Positions 39,031 through 48,626 are shown, counted from the stretch's first letter. The stretch is DNA of 64,000 nt from a virus (IMGVR_UViG_3300012928_000003:2619-66618); one strand, 5' to 3'. Notes: generated from the sequence alone by a model not told the origin. Numbers and translations: made by a program.

Positions 39031-39803
39031 AGAGTTTCGTCATAGGCTCTTCTGTAGAGTCAGCTTACTATGCCCTGGTAAATGATTTTTTTTTCATACC
39101 TACTCGGAAGATGCCACCAATGTTTTATAAGAAATTGGAAGTGCCTCTTATGGGGCTTCATGATGAGAAAAAAGCTTGGAGCAAGATAAATTTAATGCTA
39201 GGGTTACTCTCAAAAAGGCTAGTTTTTAGTGATAATTTCAGCATCAGGGTTTCTGATGACATCTTGCGTATTATAACAGGAAATACGATATTTAAATATG
39301 AGTTTGACGAGCTTGTGATATTTGATCCGACCGGGGTACAGACAGAAAACGATGTAGTAAGTGCAAAAGAGGAAACTTACGTAGTTTTAGATGATTTCGA
39401 GCTGTCAAATTTGGGCCCAAAAAAGCACGAATTGCCGCCGAAGAGAACCGCAGGGCCTATAGCAAAAGATCTTCACTTCTATTCATCAGATAGAGTTGAC
39501 GGATCTAACTATATAACAGATTGTGTAGTGGAGTCGGAATTGACCAAGGAGCAATTAAATTCTTTTGATTACTCTGATTCTATGGTTAGATTTATTGTAG
39601 AAAGACATTTGACTTCTGTGGGTATACATGGTAATCTCATGGGGCACTATGATTCTGGAAAGCCAAAATATAGAAAGCCCAAAGTAACACATGTCAAAAG
39701 GATGGTATTTCCTGTGGACAACAATGACTATAAAGATAGTGAAAAAGTCAAATTCGTCAGATTAAATTTGGGGGAGATAATTGAAAAGTGCACCAAAGGG
39801 TAG
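39021..39803 (+). CDS. Hypothetical protein, possible degenerate Rossmann N-terminus
   Basis: FVIGSSVESAYYA resembles a decayed VIGxGxxG motif; coupled to neighbouring genes. Confidence 0.5.
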   Translation: MLLKSFVIGSSVESAYYALVNDFFFIPTRKMPPMFYKKLEVPLMGLHDEKKAWSKINLMLGLLSKRLVFSDNFSIRVSDDILRIITGNTIFKYEFDELVIFDPTGVQTENDVVSAKEETYVVLDDFELSNLGPKKHELPPKRTAGPIAKDLHFYSSDRVDGSNYITDCVVESELTKEQLNSFDYSDSMVRFIVERHLTSVGIHGNLMGHYDSGKPKYRKPKVTHVKRMVFPVDNNDYKDSEKVKFVRLNLGEIIEKCTKG

Positions 39804-40641
39804 AAACCTAGTAGGCATAATACCTCTAACTGGTTGGAACAATTCTTTTGACTTACCTTGGCCTGATTATCTTCACCCTATTAGACAGGGTATGTTAGCT
39901 GTAGAGAGATCGGTTTATGAGTGTGCATATGCCGGCTGTGATTCTATATGGGTTGTTTGTGGTCACGACATAGCACCAATAGTTAAAAAAAGGCTTGGTG
40001 ATTATGTGATGTCACCAAGATACTTTGAAGAGAAAGAGTTTGTAAAAAATAAAGATTATCATGAAAAATGGATCCCCATCTTTTATACACCGATGTCACA
40101 AAAAGACGTGGATAGGAGAGATAGCTTAGGTTGGTCAGCTTTGCATGGAGCACTGATGGCCTTTCAGATATCAGATAAGATGAGTCAATGGGTATTGCCA
40201 ACAAAATATTTTGTTTCTTTTCCATATGGGCTATATGATACATCACTGGTAAGGTCCAGTAGAGATGCAATCCGGGGGCCTGATTCATTCTTTTTTTCGT
40301 ATAAGGGAAAAACAGCACGAGATGGCTTATATTTAGGCTTTACATTTTTTCCGGAAGATTGGCCAAAATTCAAACACCACGTTAAGAATCAATGCACCGG
40401 CGGAAGTAGGGACATACCTTTTCAAGAAAGATGGTCAAGTCGTCACTTTACTCTTGACAAAATATTTAATGTTGATATAATATCAATAGATAAGAAGATT
40501 GAGGTACCGGATTATTACAGCCTAGACACTTGGGAAAACTTACAAGAGTATTATTCTTCAGACATGAAGATCCCAAGACCCACAAGAAAATTTATGAAAC
40601 CATACTATCACAGGAGGATTATTGAAAGTGAAGAATATTGA
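39781..40641 (+). CDS. Nucleotidyltransferase-like (NTP_transferase fold) protein, divergent
   Basis: GIIP..G...P..LHPI...VE..V...AG...IWVV mirrors the sugar-phosphate nucleotidyltransferase N-terminus. Confidence 0.55.
   Translation: MKSAPKGRNLVGIIPLTGWNNSFDLPWPDYLHPIRQGMLAVERSVYECAYAGCDSIWVVCGHDIAPIVKKRLGDYVMSPRYFEEKEFVKNKDYHEKWIPIFYTPMSQKDVDRRDSLGWSALHGALMAFQISDKMSQWVLPTKYFVSFPYGLYDTSLVRSSRDAIRGPDSFFFSYKGKTARDGLYLGFTFFPEDWPKFKHHVKNQCTGGSRDIPFQERWSSRHFTLDKIFNVDIISIDKKIEVPDYYSLDTWENLQEYYSSDMKIPRPTRKFMKPYYHRRIIESEEY
40454..40481 (+). promoter_or_regulatory. Sigma70-type promoter (intragenic)
   Basis: TTGACA-N16-TATAAT with extended -10 TG. Confidence 0.72.
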
Positions 40642-40825
40642 AGAAACATACAACTTGATGCCGGCACTAATAAAAGCCCACGCAGGTATGCCAGATAGCT
40701 ATATTAACTTGACAACAGACCAGAAAAGGTTTATAATAGAGATGTTCGATATTGATAGGGAAGCAGTAAAAGCAACCCTTATGGAAACTCTAGAAGAAAT
40801 GAAAGGTTTAATTGATGAACTCTAG
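40622..40825 (+). CDS. Small hypothetical protein
   Basis: SD AGGAGG; bridges the NTase-like gene and dnaE. Confidence 0.55.
   Translation: MKVKNIEETYNLMPALIKAHAGMPDSYINLTTDQKRFIIEMFDIDREAVKATLMETLEEMKGLIDEL
40709..40737 (+). promoter_or_regulatory. Sigma70-type promoter for dnaE
   Basis: Perfect TTGACA-N17-TATAAT. Confidence 0.82.
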
Positions 40826-43800
40826 AACTGAAAGTTCAATCCCATTCGTTGGACTCCATGCGCATTCTGTCGCCGGCTCACCATTCGATGCACTCGGATA
40901 CCCCCCAGAGCATATGGATTTTGCATATGAAAATGGTATGGACGCGCTGGCTCTTACTGATCACGGTAATATGAACGGCCTCGCATGGCAGGTTCTCCAC
41001 GCCAAGAAGATGAAAAAAGCTGGCAAGGAGTTCAAGCCTATCTTTGGCTGTGAAGCGTACTTCATTCCTTCCGTTGCGAAATGGAAGGAAGAGTATGAAG
41101 AAATTAAGAACGCTTCCAAGAAAAAGTCAGACTATGAGGCAGACAACTCTGGCACTACCGTAGAGGACGAAGGTGCTTCCAAGAAGAAGATTAAGTCTGT
41201 TCTCAACCGTCGACGCCATCTTATTTTGCTGGCTATGAACCAGACTGGTCTACAGAACATTTTCAAGATGATCTCTCGCTCTTACAGTGGCGACAACTTT
41301 TATCGTTATCCTCGCGTTGACTATGCCCTCCTCAAGAAACACAACGAAGGCGTCATTGCTGCTTCGGCTTGTCTCGGTGGCGTTTATGCTGGCAACTACT
41401 GGGAGAACCGAGACATCGGCCCGGATGCCATACTCGGAGCAATGCGCCAGACTACACAAAAGATGCAGAACATCTTCGGTGACCGATGGTATGGTGAACT
41501 ACAGTGGAATAATGTACCAGAGCAACATGAACTTAACCGTTACATCATTCAAATGCACCAAGAGTTTGGCATTGACCTTATTTCCACAGCGGATTCTCAC
41601 TACTATAATGCAGATGTGTGGAAAGACCGAGAACTTTACAAGCGATTAGGTTGGCTTGGTAAGGGTAAACCAGACTACTTATCTGACGAGCTTCCTGTAT
41701 CAGTTGAAGAGATCGGTTACGAGCTTTACCCAAAGAATGGTGACCAGATGTTCGAATCATACAAGAAGTATTCAGAAGAATGTGGAGCAAAGTATGATGA
41801 TGAATTGGTACTTAACTCGATCAAGAGGACACACCAGATTGCGCACGAGAGGATTGAAAACTTCCTACCAGACAACACAGTTCGTTTGCCCGACTTTGTG
41901 GTCCCGGAGGGCTCAACTGCAGGCCAGACCTTGGCTGCCCTTTGTGTGGAAGGTTTACGGTCCCTCGGGCTCGCTAACAAACAAGATTATGTTGATAGGC
42001 TTAAACACGAGGTCAATGTTATCGAAGATCGAGGGTTCTCGAAATATTTTCTAACAATGAAAGCGATTGCTGATGTTGCAGTTACTAGGCAGCTTGTTGG
42101 TGCTGGTCGTGGTTCTGCTGCTGGCTCACTTGTTGCATATGTTCTAAACATTACCCAGGTCGACCCAATCAAGTATGGGCTTCAGTTTGAAAGGTTCTTG
42201 ACCAAGGGCGGCTCGGGCTACCCAGATATTGATTATGATGTCTCCGATCCAATGGTTCTCAAAGAAGAGCTTATTGATGAGTGGGGTGATGATTCTGTAG
42301 TGCCAATTACAAATTGGAACACGCTGCAGCTTCGCTCCCTCATCAAGGACATCTCTAAGTTCTATGGTATTGAATTTACTGAGGTCAACAACGTGACTAG
42401 TAAGATGGTCTATGAGGCTACGCCGCTTGCAAAGAAGAAGCATGGGATCACAGCGGGTGTGTATACGCCGACCTTTGAAGAGTTGATGGAGTTCTCAGAA
42501 TCTTTGCAGAGTTTCTTGCAGAAGTACCCGCACATCAAGACTCACATTGAGAAACTATATGGTCAGACACGTTCTGCCTCTCGACACGCAGGTGGTGTTG
42601 TTGTGGGTGAGAACCTGGATCAGTGGATGCCTCTAATCAACTCAGGAGGAGTTAGACAAACACCCTGGTCGGAGGGCCAGAACGTGCGTCATCTTGAGCC
42701 GATGGGTTTCATCAAGTTTGATATCTTGGGCCTTGCTTCACTGCGAATGCTTGAAGGTGCTATAGAACGCATTCTCCGCCGCCACCACGGAATGACCAAT
42801 CCAACATTCGCAGACATCAAAGAATACTACGATAAAAACTTGCACCCAGAGGTTATCGACCTAGAGGACAAGGATGTCTGGCAAAACATTTTCCACAAAG
42901 GCAAGTGGGCAGGCATTTTCCAGTTCACAGAAACTGGAGCACAGTCATTCTGCAAGAACGCAAGGCCTGACAACATCATTGACTTGGCTGCTATTACTTC
43001 TATCTATCGCCCAGGTCCACTGTCTGCAAATGTAGATAAGAAATACATCGGCGCAAAGGAAAATCCAGAAGACATTGAGTACGTCAACAAGGTTGTTCGA
43101 GAAGTGACGGAAGAAACTTACGGCTTCCTTATTTTTCAAGAGCAGATCGCAATGCTAGCCCACAAGCTGGGCAAGGATCTGACATTGGACGAAGGTAACA
43201 AGCTCAGAAAACTACTTACTAAGAAGGGTACTGGTGCCGCTTCAGCAGAGAAAGACAAGATCTTCGACAAGTTCCGCAGGGGTTGTGTCGAGAAAGGAAT
43301 GAGAGACTATGAAGCAAGAGAACTTTGGGAAACTTTTGAATACTTTTCAGGATATGGCTTTAACAAGTCACATGCTGTATCCTACTGTGTACTATCCTAT
43401 CAATGTGCTTATCTTCTTAACTACTATCCGGCCGAGTGGCTAGCAGCCTTCCTTGATAAGGAGCCGGAGACTAGAAAAGAAAGAGCAATCGCAACAGCGA
43501 AGTCGCTAGGTTATAACGTAGAGCCTCTCAATGTAAACACATCAGGTGTGAACTGGGAGATAAGTCAAGATGGAAAGACTCTAATTCAACCGCTGTCATC
43601 CATCAAGGGTTTAGGTATCAAAGCTATTGAGCAAATCATTGAACACAGACCTTTCAACACTATCGAGGAGTTTTTGTTCCACGAGAAGATCGTGTACTCT
43701 AAACTAAACAAAAAGTCAATTCACGCCCTGACCTTATCACAAGCAATGAATGAGCTTATCGACGATAGGTTCACCGGACTTGCCCACTTCTATGCGGCCG

Positions 43801-44249
43801 TAGCAGAAGACAGGCCAAGAAAAGAGAAGAACTTGCACGATAACATTGAGAAGTATGCACCCGAAGGTGACTTTACCGAGGAAGAGAAGCTTGAGTACTT
43901 GGTGAATCTTACAGGTGTGTTCCCAATCAATGCGGTTGTGACGTCCCGGGTTAGGCAGAAATTGGATGAATTATATGTCCCCCCAATTTCAGAATTTGAC
44001 CCGGACCTCGGTGTTACTTGGTTCATACCTCGCGAGTGTAAACTCAAGAAGTCAAAGAACGGCAAGAATTTTTATGTTGTTAAGGTAATAGATGACAACA
44101 ACGAGACCACGGTAATCAGGTGTTGGGGTGTCGATCCGGAGAAAGATATTATACAAATTAACAGACCTTACATGGCCAGGCTAAACTATAACCAACAGTG
44201 GGGATTTTCCACTTTTAGTATGAGAAAGATGTTTAAACTATTAGCATAA
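40815..44249 (+). CDS. dnaE: DNA polymerase III alpha subunit (DnaE, family C)
   Basis: PHP domain LHAHS/ALTDHGN, GRGSAAGSLVAY, PDIDYD, HAGG, KFDILGL, YGFNKSHA. Confidence 0.96.
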   Translation: MNSRTESSIPFVGLHAHSVAGSPFDALGYPPEHMDFAYENGMDALALTDHGNMNGLAWQVLHAKKMKKAGKEFKPIFGCEAYFIPSVAKWKEEYEEIKNASKKKSDYEADNSGTTVEDEGASKKKIKSVLNRRRHLILLAMNQTGLQNIFKMISRSYSGDNFYRYPRVDYALLKKHNEGVIAASACLGGVYAGNYWENRDIGPDAILGAMRQTTQKMQNIFGDRWYGELQWNNVPEQHELNRYIIQMHQEFGIDLISTADSHYYNADVWKDRELYKRLGWLGKGKPDYLSDELPVSVEEIGYELYPKNGDQMFESYKKYSEECGAKYDDELVLNSIKRTHQIAHERIENFLPDNTVRLPDFVVPEGSTAGQTLAALCVEGLRSLGLANKQDYVDRLKHEVNVIEDRGFSKYFLTMKAIADVAVTRQLVGAGRGSAAGSLVAYVLNITQVDPIKYGLQFERFLTKGGSGYPDIDYDVSDPMVLKEELIDEWGDDSVVPITNWNTLQLRSLIKDISKFYGIEFTEVNNVTSKMVYEATPLAKKKHGITAGVYTPTFEELMEFSESLQSFLQKYPHIKTHIEKLYGQTRSASRHAGGVVVGENLDQWMPLINSGGVRQTPWSEGQNVRHLEPMGFIKFDILGLASLRMLEGAIERILRRHHGMTNPTFADIKEYYDKNLHPEVIDLEDKDVWQNIFHKGKWAGIFQFTETGAQSFCKNARPDNIIDLAAITSIYRPGPLSANVDKKYIGAKENPEDIEYVNKVVREVTEETYGFLIFQEQIAMLAHKLGKDLTLDEGNKLRKLLTKKGTGAASAEKDKIFDKFRRGCVEKGMRDYEARELWETFEYFSGYGFNKSHAVSYCVLSYQCAYLLNYYPAEWLAAFLDKEPETRKERAIATAKSLGYNVEPLNVNTSGVNWEISQDGKTLIQPLSSIKGLGIKAIEQIIEHRPFNTIEEFLFHEKIVYSKLNKKSIHALTLSQAMNELIDDRFTGLAHFYAAVAEDRPRKEKNLHDNIEKYAPEGDFTEEEKLEYLVNLTGVFPINAVVTSRVRQKLDELYVPPISEFDPDLGVTWFIPRECKLKKSKNGKNFYVVKVIDDNNETTVIRCWGVDPEKDIIQINRPYMARLNYNQQWGFSTFSMRKMFKLLA

Positions 44250-44260
44250 AGGAGTAAATT

Positions 44261-44728
44261 ATGGCATCATTAGATAACAGTAGAGTAAGAGTATTTCGCA
44301 CCAGGCCCGAAGCGAAACTACCAGTTAGGGCACACAGAACAGACGCAGGTATGGATTTTTTCTTTTGTCCAGTTGAAGGTGCAGCAGTCAGGATCGAACC
44401 CGGACAAAGCGTTCTTTTGGAGACCGGTATCAAGATGCAAGTACCATCATCTTGTATGCTGCAAATTATGAACAAATCAGGTGTGGCAAGCAAGAGGCAC
44501 CTAATCACGGGAGCTTGTGTTGTTGATGAAGGTTACACAGGAGAAATCTTTGTAAATCTTCACAATATTGGCAAAGACACGGAATATATCGAACCCGGAC
44601 AGAAAGTCGCACAGGGAGTATTTGTCAATATTGAGAAGCCGCAGTTATGGGAGGTACAAGAAGACGATATCTATGACAAAGAGACTACCAGAGGCTCGGG
44701 CGCTCTTGGCTCAACAGGGGACGTTTGA
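44261..44728 (+). CDS. dut: Trimeric dUTPase
   Basis: AGMD, KSG, VDEGYTGE, AQ, RGSGALGSTG. Confidence 0.94.
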   Translation: MASLDNSRVRVFRTRPEAKLPVRAHRTDAGMDFFFCPVEGAAVRIEPGQSVLLETGIKMQVPSSCMLQIMNKSGVASKRHLITGACVVDEGYTGEIFVNLHNIGKDTEYIEPGQKVAQGVFVNIEKPQLWEVQEDDIYDKETTRGSGALGSTGDV

Positions 44729-44994
44729 TGGGCAGCTTCTCTAGAAGATTAAAACGAAAGCAATTTCTGACCGCTAGAAAGCAGTTCATGAAAGATTTCA
44801 AAAAGTCTATGTCTAAGTTCAAGAAACAAGTTTTTTGCGCAAAATGTGGTAGACTGCCTAGTGATAAGGAAAAAATAGATAACTGGCATATTGATAAATA
44901 TTCAGAAAAAATTGATTTAATATGTACAGACTGTTATACTGAAGAAGAAAGTGAGGACATTAGTGAATCTATTGCAAAAGACATTATCGTTTGA
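44728..44994 (+). CDS. Hypothetical zinc-finger protein
   Basis: CAKC...CTDC; TGATG coupling to dut. Confidence 0.6.
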   Translation: MGSFSRRLKRKQFLTARKQFMKDFKKSMSKFKKQVFCAKCGRLPSDKEKIDNWHIDKYSEKIDLICTDCYTEEESEDISESIAKDIIV

Positions 44995-45976
44995 CGACGT
45001 TCTATTGATACCACAAAAATCTGATATTAAATCAAGAAAAGAAGTGGATCTAACGTCTGAAATAAGGGAAAAAAAGTTTAAGTTGCCGATTATATCTTCA
45101 CCGATGGATACGGTGACAGGACCGACTATGGCTACAGCCATGGCTGAACATGGTGGCTTTGGAATACTACATAGGTATAACTCTATTGAGCAGCAAGTAG
45201 GCTTGGTAAAACAAGTAAAAGCAGACTGTACAGCTGCAGCAATCGGAGTAACGGGAGATTTTCTTGAAAGAAGCCATGCCTTGGTAGAGTCAGGAGTTTT
45301 CTTGTTGTGTATTGATGTTGCCCACGGGCACCATCTTAATGTAAAAAATGCTATTGAATCTCTCAAAAATAAGTTTGGAGATGATATAAGTATCATGGCT
45401 GGGAATGTCGCAACAGCAGAGGCATTCTCTGATTTGGAGGATTGGGGTGCAGATATCATTCGCGTTGGTGTGGGTGGCGGTTCTATTTGTAGCACTCGTA
45501 TTCGGACCGGTCACGGGATCCCTACTCTACATTCTGTATTGCTTGCTGCGCGCAGCGCTAAGAGAGCTGCAGTTGTGGCGGATGGGGGAATAAAGTCAGC
45601 CGGAGACGCAGTTAAATGTTTTGCTGTGGGCGCAGACTTTGTTATGTTAGGATCTATACTTGCAGGCACAGATGAATCACCAGGGCAAATACTTCAGAAT
45701 AATGAAGGTGGCAAGTACAAAGTATACAGAGGTATGGCCTCGGTAGAAGCACAGGTAGAGTGGAGGGGAAAGGCAAGTTCACTGGAGGGTATTTCAACTA
45801 CCATACCGTATAAAGGTCCAGTTAGCAGTGTTTTAAATTCACTAGGGAAAAATATTAGATCTGGACTGTCTTATTCTGGTGCCAGATCTTTAAAAGATTT
45901 TGCTAATAAAGCACAGATGGTCAGGCAAACTCAAGCTGGGATGAGAGAAAGTTATACCCACATTTTATCAAAATGA
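44951..45976 (+). CDS. IMP dehydrogenase/GMP reductase family enzyme (no CBS domains)
   Basis: SFDDVLLIP, SSPMDTV, IDVAHG, GNVAT, GGGSICSTR, ADGGI, YRGMAS, EG. Confidence 0.9.
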   Translation: MRTLVNLLQKTLSFDDVLLIPQKSDIKSRKEVDLTSEIREKKFKLPIISSPMDTVTGPTMATAMAEHGGFGILHRYNSIEQQVGLVKQVKADCTAAAIGVTGDFLERSHALVESGVFLLCIDVAHGHHLNVKNAIESLKNKFGDDISIMAGNVATAEAFSDLEDWGADIIRVGVGGGSICSTRIRTGHGIPTLHSVLLAARSAKRAAVVADGGIKSAGDAVKCFAVGADFVMLGSILAGTDESPGQILQNNEGGKYKVYRGMASVEAQVEWRGKASSLEGISTTIPYKGPVSSVLNSLGKNIRSGLSYSGARSLKDFANKAQMVRQTQAGMRESYTHILSK

Positions 45977-46308
45977 AGGGGCACACTCCAAGTAAAGTGG
46001 TGCGCTTTATTTTCACAGCGTATGAGAAAGTGTCAGCTGATTTGAAATTGAGATTAAGGAACGATAACCTTACTCAAACTAGCTTCTTTGCGGGTATCGT
46101 AAAGTTGTACCTAGAGAACGACCCGGACATGGTAAAAGTTATTTATAAGGTAAAAGATAATGCCAGAGTTATGGGCAAAAGAAAACTAAACAGAGCCAAA
46201 AAAGAAATAGAGGATGGGTTTGATATTATGGAACAGCTTGGTATCACCGATTCTGATAAAAAAAATATATTTGATATGATTGAAATGGATTTAGGAGAAT
46301 ATGAGTGA
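45973..46308 (+). CDS. Hypothetical protein (possible ribbon-helix-helix-like regulator)
   Basis: ATGA-coupled; beta strand followed by two helices at the N-terminus. Confidence 0.5.
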   Translation: MKGHTPSKVVRFIFTAYEKVSADLKLRLRNDNLTQTSFFAGIVKLYLENDPDMVKVIYKVKDNARVMGKRKLNRAKKEIEDGFDIMEQLGITDSDKKNIFDMIEMDLGEYE

Positions 46309-46525
46309 TGAAACATGTAGCTGCTGCGGCGGCAAAAAAGAAAGATGCTGGATTGATTACCCAGAAGATAACAACTGTATATATAATTCAATAAATAAAA
46401 ACGGTGCCATGACACTAGACGAAATTGCAAAAAGATTAGGAATCTCTCTTGTCAGAGTTTCTCAAATTGAAAAAGAAGCAATTAAGAAACTTTACAAGAG
46501 AATAAAATTTGACCTTTCTATATAA
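46301..46525 (+). CDS. Stand-alone sigma70 region 4 HTH protein with Cys-rich N-terminus
   Basis: MTLDEIAKRLGISLVRVSQIEKEAIKKL is a region 4.2 signature; SD AGGAG. Confidence 0.8.
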   Translation: MSDETCSCCGGKKERCWIDYPEDNNCIYNSINKNGAMTLDEIAKRLGISLVRVSQIEKEAIKKLYKRIKFDLSI

Positions 46526-46530
46526 AAAAG

Positions 46531-46540
46531 ACTATTTATA
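46531..46540 (+). promoter_or_regulatory. Putative late promoter (ACTATTTATA)
   Basis: Exact motif upstream of the acidic protein gene. Confidence 0.65.
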
Positions 46541-46585
46541 GATGTATTATTACATTAATCACTACTTTCAAAAGGAGAATATACA

Positions 46586-47191
46586 ATGAGTGATAACAAA
46601 CTATTAGCAGAAAACACGGTACGCCGATTCATGAAATTGGCAAACGTAGACACGATGACAGACAATTTCGTAACAGAGATGTACGGAAAGAAGCCCAAGG
46701 ATCCAAAAGAACTTGAAGAGGTGGATACTGATGAAGAGATCAACGAAGAAGAAGAGGTAGAACTTGAAGAGAATCTAGAAGATCTTGAAGAGCAAGAAGA
46801 GGAAGAAATGGAACTCGACACAGAGTTGGACGCAGACATGGACGCAGACATGGGCGCAGACATGGACGCAGACATGGGCGAAGAACCAGAGATGGGCGCT
46901 GCAGACATGAGCCTCACCGAAGAGGAAGCGCAGCTTCTTATTTCACTTGGTGAAAGGTTGGCCGCGGCTATGGACGAAGGCGCCGGTGATGAAGACGCTC
47001 CTGTGGAAGATGCACCAGCAATGGATGATATGGAAGACCTTGGTGATGCTGAAGAGGGAGAAGAGGAGCCTCCAGGCATGGGTGGCGCCGGCCGATACGA
47101 AGAAAATATTGATCAGGAAGAGTTGGTCAATGAAGTTCTCAAGAGAGTCACCAAAAGACTTGTTGCCGCAAAGCTCAAGAATAGAAAGTAA
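46586..47191 (+). CDS. Highly acidic protein, putative prohead core/internal protein
   Basis: SD AAGGAG; very Glu/Asp-rich; LLAE..RRFMKLA N-terminus; own late-type promoter and terminator. Confidence 0.6.
   Translation: MSDNKLLAENTVRRFMKLANVDTMTDNFVTEMYGKKPKDPKELEEVDTDEEINEEEEVELEENLEDLEEQEEEEMELDTELDADMDADMGADMDADMGEEPEMGAADMSLTEEEAQLLISLGERLAAAMDEGAGDEDAPVEDAPAMDDMEDLGDAEEGEEEPPGMGGAGRYEENIDQEELVNEVLKRVTKRLVAAKLKNRK
46829..46876 (+). repeat. Four tandem 12-nt coding repeats G(A/G)CGCAGACATG
   Basis: Encodes DADM-DADM-GADM-DADM. Confidence 0.9.
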
Positions 47192-47218
47192 GATAAAATA
47201 ATACGTTATCACCTATCT

Positions 47219-47253
47219 AAAGCCCCACTTCCATAAGGTCGATGGGGCTTTTT
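47219..47253 (+). terminator. Rho-independent terminator
   Basis: AAAGCCCCA...TGGGGCTTT followed by T's. Confidence 0.75.
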
Positions 47254-47255
47254 GC

Positions 47256-47284
47256 TTGCTTTCCAACAAGAAAGGTGCTATTAT
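47256..47284 (+). promoter_or_regulatory. Sigma70-type promoter, probably giving a leaderless transcript
   Basis: TTGCTT-N17-TATTAT with TG extension; ATG begins 7 nt after the end of the -10. Confidence 0.65.
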
Positions 47285-47290
47285 AGTAGC

Positions 47291-47689
47291 ATGAATGAAA
47301 TACAGATTTATTCAGTAATAATGTTCTTTGCAGGGGTTGGTTTAACTCATGCGGCTTTTTATTACGACAGACTCAAAAAGAAAAAGAATTTTTATCTCTT
47401 TTTGTCCTCTATGATTTTACAAATATTAGAAAATGTACATTTGATTCATCAAGCGTCCATAGAATTTGTAAAAGACAAATCAAAAACTATAGACGAATCT
47501 GAAACAGAAGAATATTTAGAGAAAGAGAGCTTAAAGCTTTCCGTGCTCATGGAGATGTATGTTTTATTATTCGTAAAGTCTGTACCGAGAGAGGGCAGAA
47601 AATATATAAGCTACAAGTCATGGCCAGAGGCGCAAGCTCTTTTGAAAGAACTGCGAGGGTTTATGAAAAATGAGCAGAGTAAAAGGTGA
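47291..47689 (+). CDS. Hypothetical membrane protein
   Basis: N-terminal hydrophobic segment followed by KKKK; start reassigned to ATG 47291. Confidence 0.6.
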   Translation: MNEIQIYSVIMFFAGVGLTHAAFYYDRLKKKKNFYLFLSSMILQILENVHLIHQASIEFVKDKSKTIDESETEEYLEKESLKLSVLMEMYVLLFVKSVPREGRKYISYKSWPEAQALLKELRGFMKNEQSKR

Positions 47690-47927
47690 GCATTGGAAAG
47701 TTAATGAAAAAACAGTAAGGATACAGATCAGAACTGATAAAGAGCAACACAAGCTAGAAGAGGCTCTTCCGGGTTGGCAGTGTGTTTCTTATGGGTACGT
47801 TCCAAAAACCAGTGAGGATATTTATATTTTTGAAAAAGAATTTGAGTCAGAGTCAGATTGGACAAGATTTATAAAATCAGAAAAAATAAAAAACTTGATA
47901 GAAATGAAAGAGGTATCACATGACTAA
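47670..47927 (+). CDS. Hypothetical protein
   Basis: SD GAGG; overlaps both neighbours in the operon. Confidence 0.6.
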   Translation: MSRVKGEHWKVNEKTVRIQIRTDKEQHKLEEALPGWQCVSYGYVPKTSEDIYIFEKEFESESDWTRFIKSEKIKNLIEMKEVSHD

Positions 47928-48606
47928 AAGAGTATCAGCAACACCAAAGAAGAAAAAGAAAAAGAAAGATCAGGAGGTCTCTCAAGAAGAAAAACAAGTA
48001 GTTATTATAAATAATATTCAGGCACCAACCCCCTCGGAGCCTGAGTTAAGAACTATAAATCTTTATGGGGATATATCGGAACAAAAAGGGGCAGATGTCG
48101 TAGCGGCTCTACTTTATTTAGAAAATACATCACACGCTGTATCGACTAGAGATCCACAAGACCCAGAGTCTGAACAGGTTGTGGTTGCTAGGTCGATAGC
48201 CATGATGGTTTCCACACATGGAGGCACGGCTTCAGATATGTTTTCGATTCTTGACATCATGGACATGGTCAAAGAAAGGACATGCGATATTGAAACATTT
48301 GGTATTGGAAAGGTAATGTCCGCCGGCGTACCAATCCTAGCAGCCGGTACTAAAGGAAAACGCAAGGTCGGCCGCAACTGTCGCATTATGCTTCACAACG
48401 TGATGGCAGGCACAGGTGGTACAATCTTCTCAATGGAGAACGAATTAGAAGAGATCAAGTGGATCCAAGAAAGATATATAGAGACACTTGCTAACTATAC
48501 TAAGCTTACTCCGAGCAAGATAAAGAAGCTGTTAAAGACCCAGAAGGACGTTTACATCTCTGCAGAGGAAGCAATTAAAATGGGTATTGCAGATGAAATT
48601 ATCTAA
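47920..48606 (+). CDS. clpP: ClpP-like ATP-dependent protease proteolytic subunit
   Basis: STHGG, catalytic Ser in GKVMSAG, His in IMLHN, Asp in KDVYISAEEAI..G.AD. Confidence 0.88.
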   Translation: MTKRVSATPKKKKKKKDQEVSQEEKQVVIINNIQAPTPSEPELRTINLYGDISEQKGADVVAALLYLENTSHAVSTRDPQDPESEQVVVARSIAMMVSTHGGTASDMFSILDIMDMVKERTCDIETFGIGKVMSAGVPILAAGTKGKRKVGRNCRIMLHNVMAGTGGTIFSMENELEEIKWIQERYIETLANYTKLTPSKIKKLLKTQKDVYISAEEAIKMGIADEII

Positions 48607-48626
48607 TTATTGAGAGGAGTTTTACA

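Noticed and set aside
29425-44249. Inteins or introns in RecA, helicase, RNR or DnaE
   Set aside because: Protein lengths are normal, motifs are contiguous, and no intein-like C...HN or LAGLIDADG segments were seen.
46829-46876. Tandem 12-nt repeats as a possible CRISPR or mini-array
   Set aside because: No spacers; the units are in-frame coding repeats (DADM) within an acidic protein.
46555-47079. 174-aa Ser-rich minus-strand ORF
   Set aside because: Mirror of the GAA/GAG-rich codons of the acidic + strand gene.
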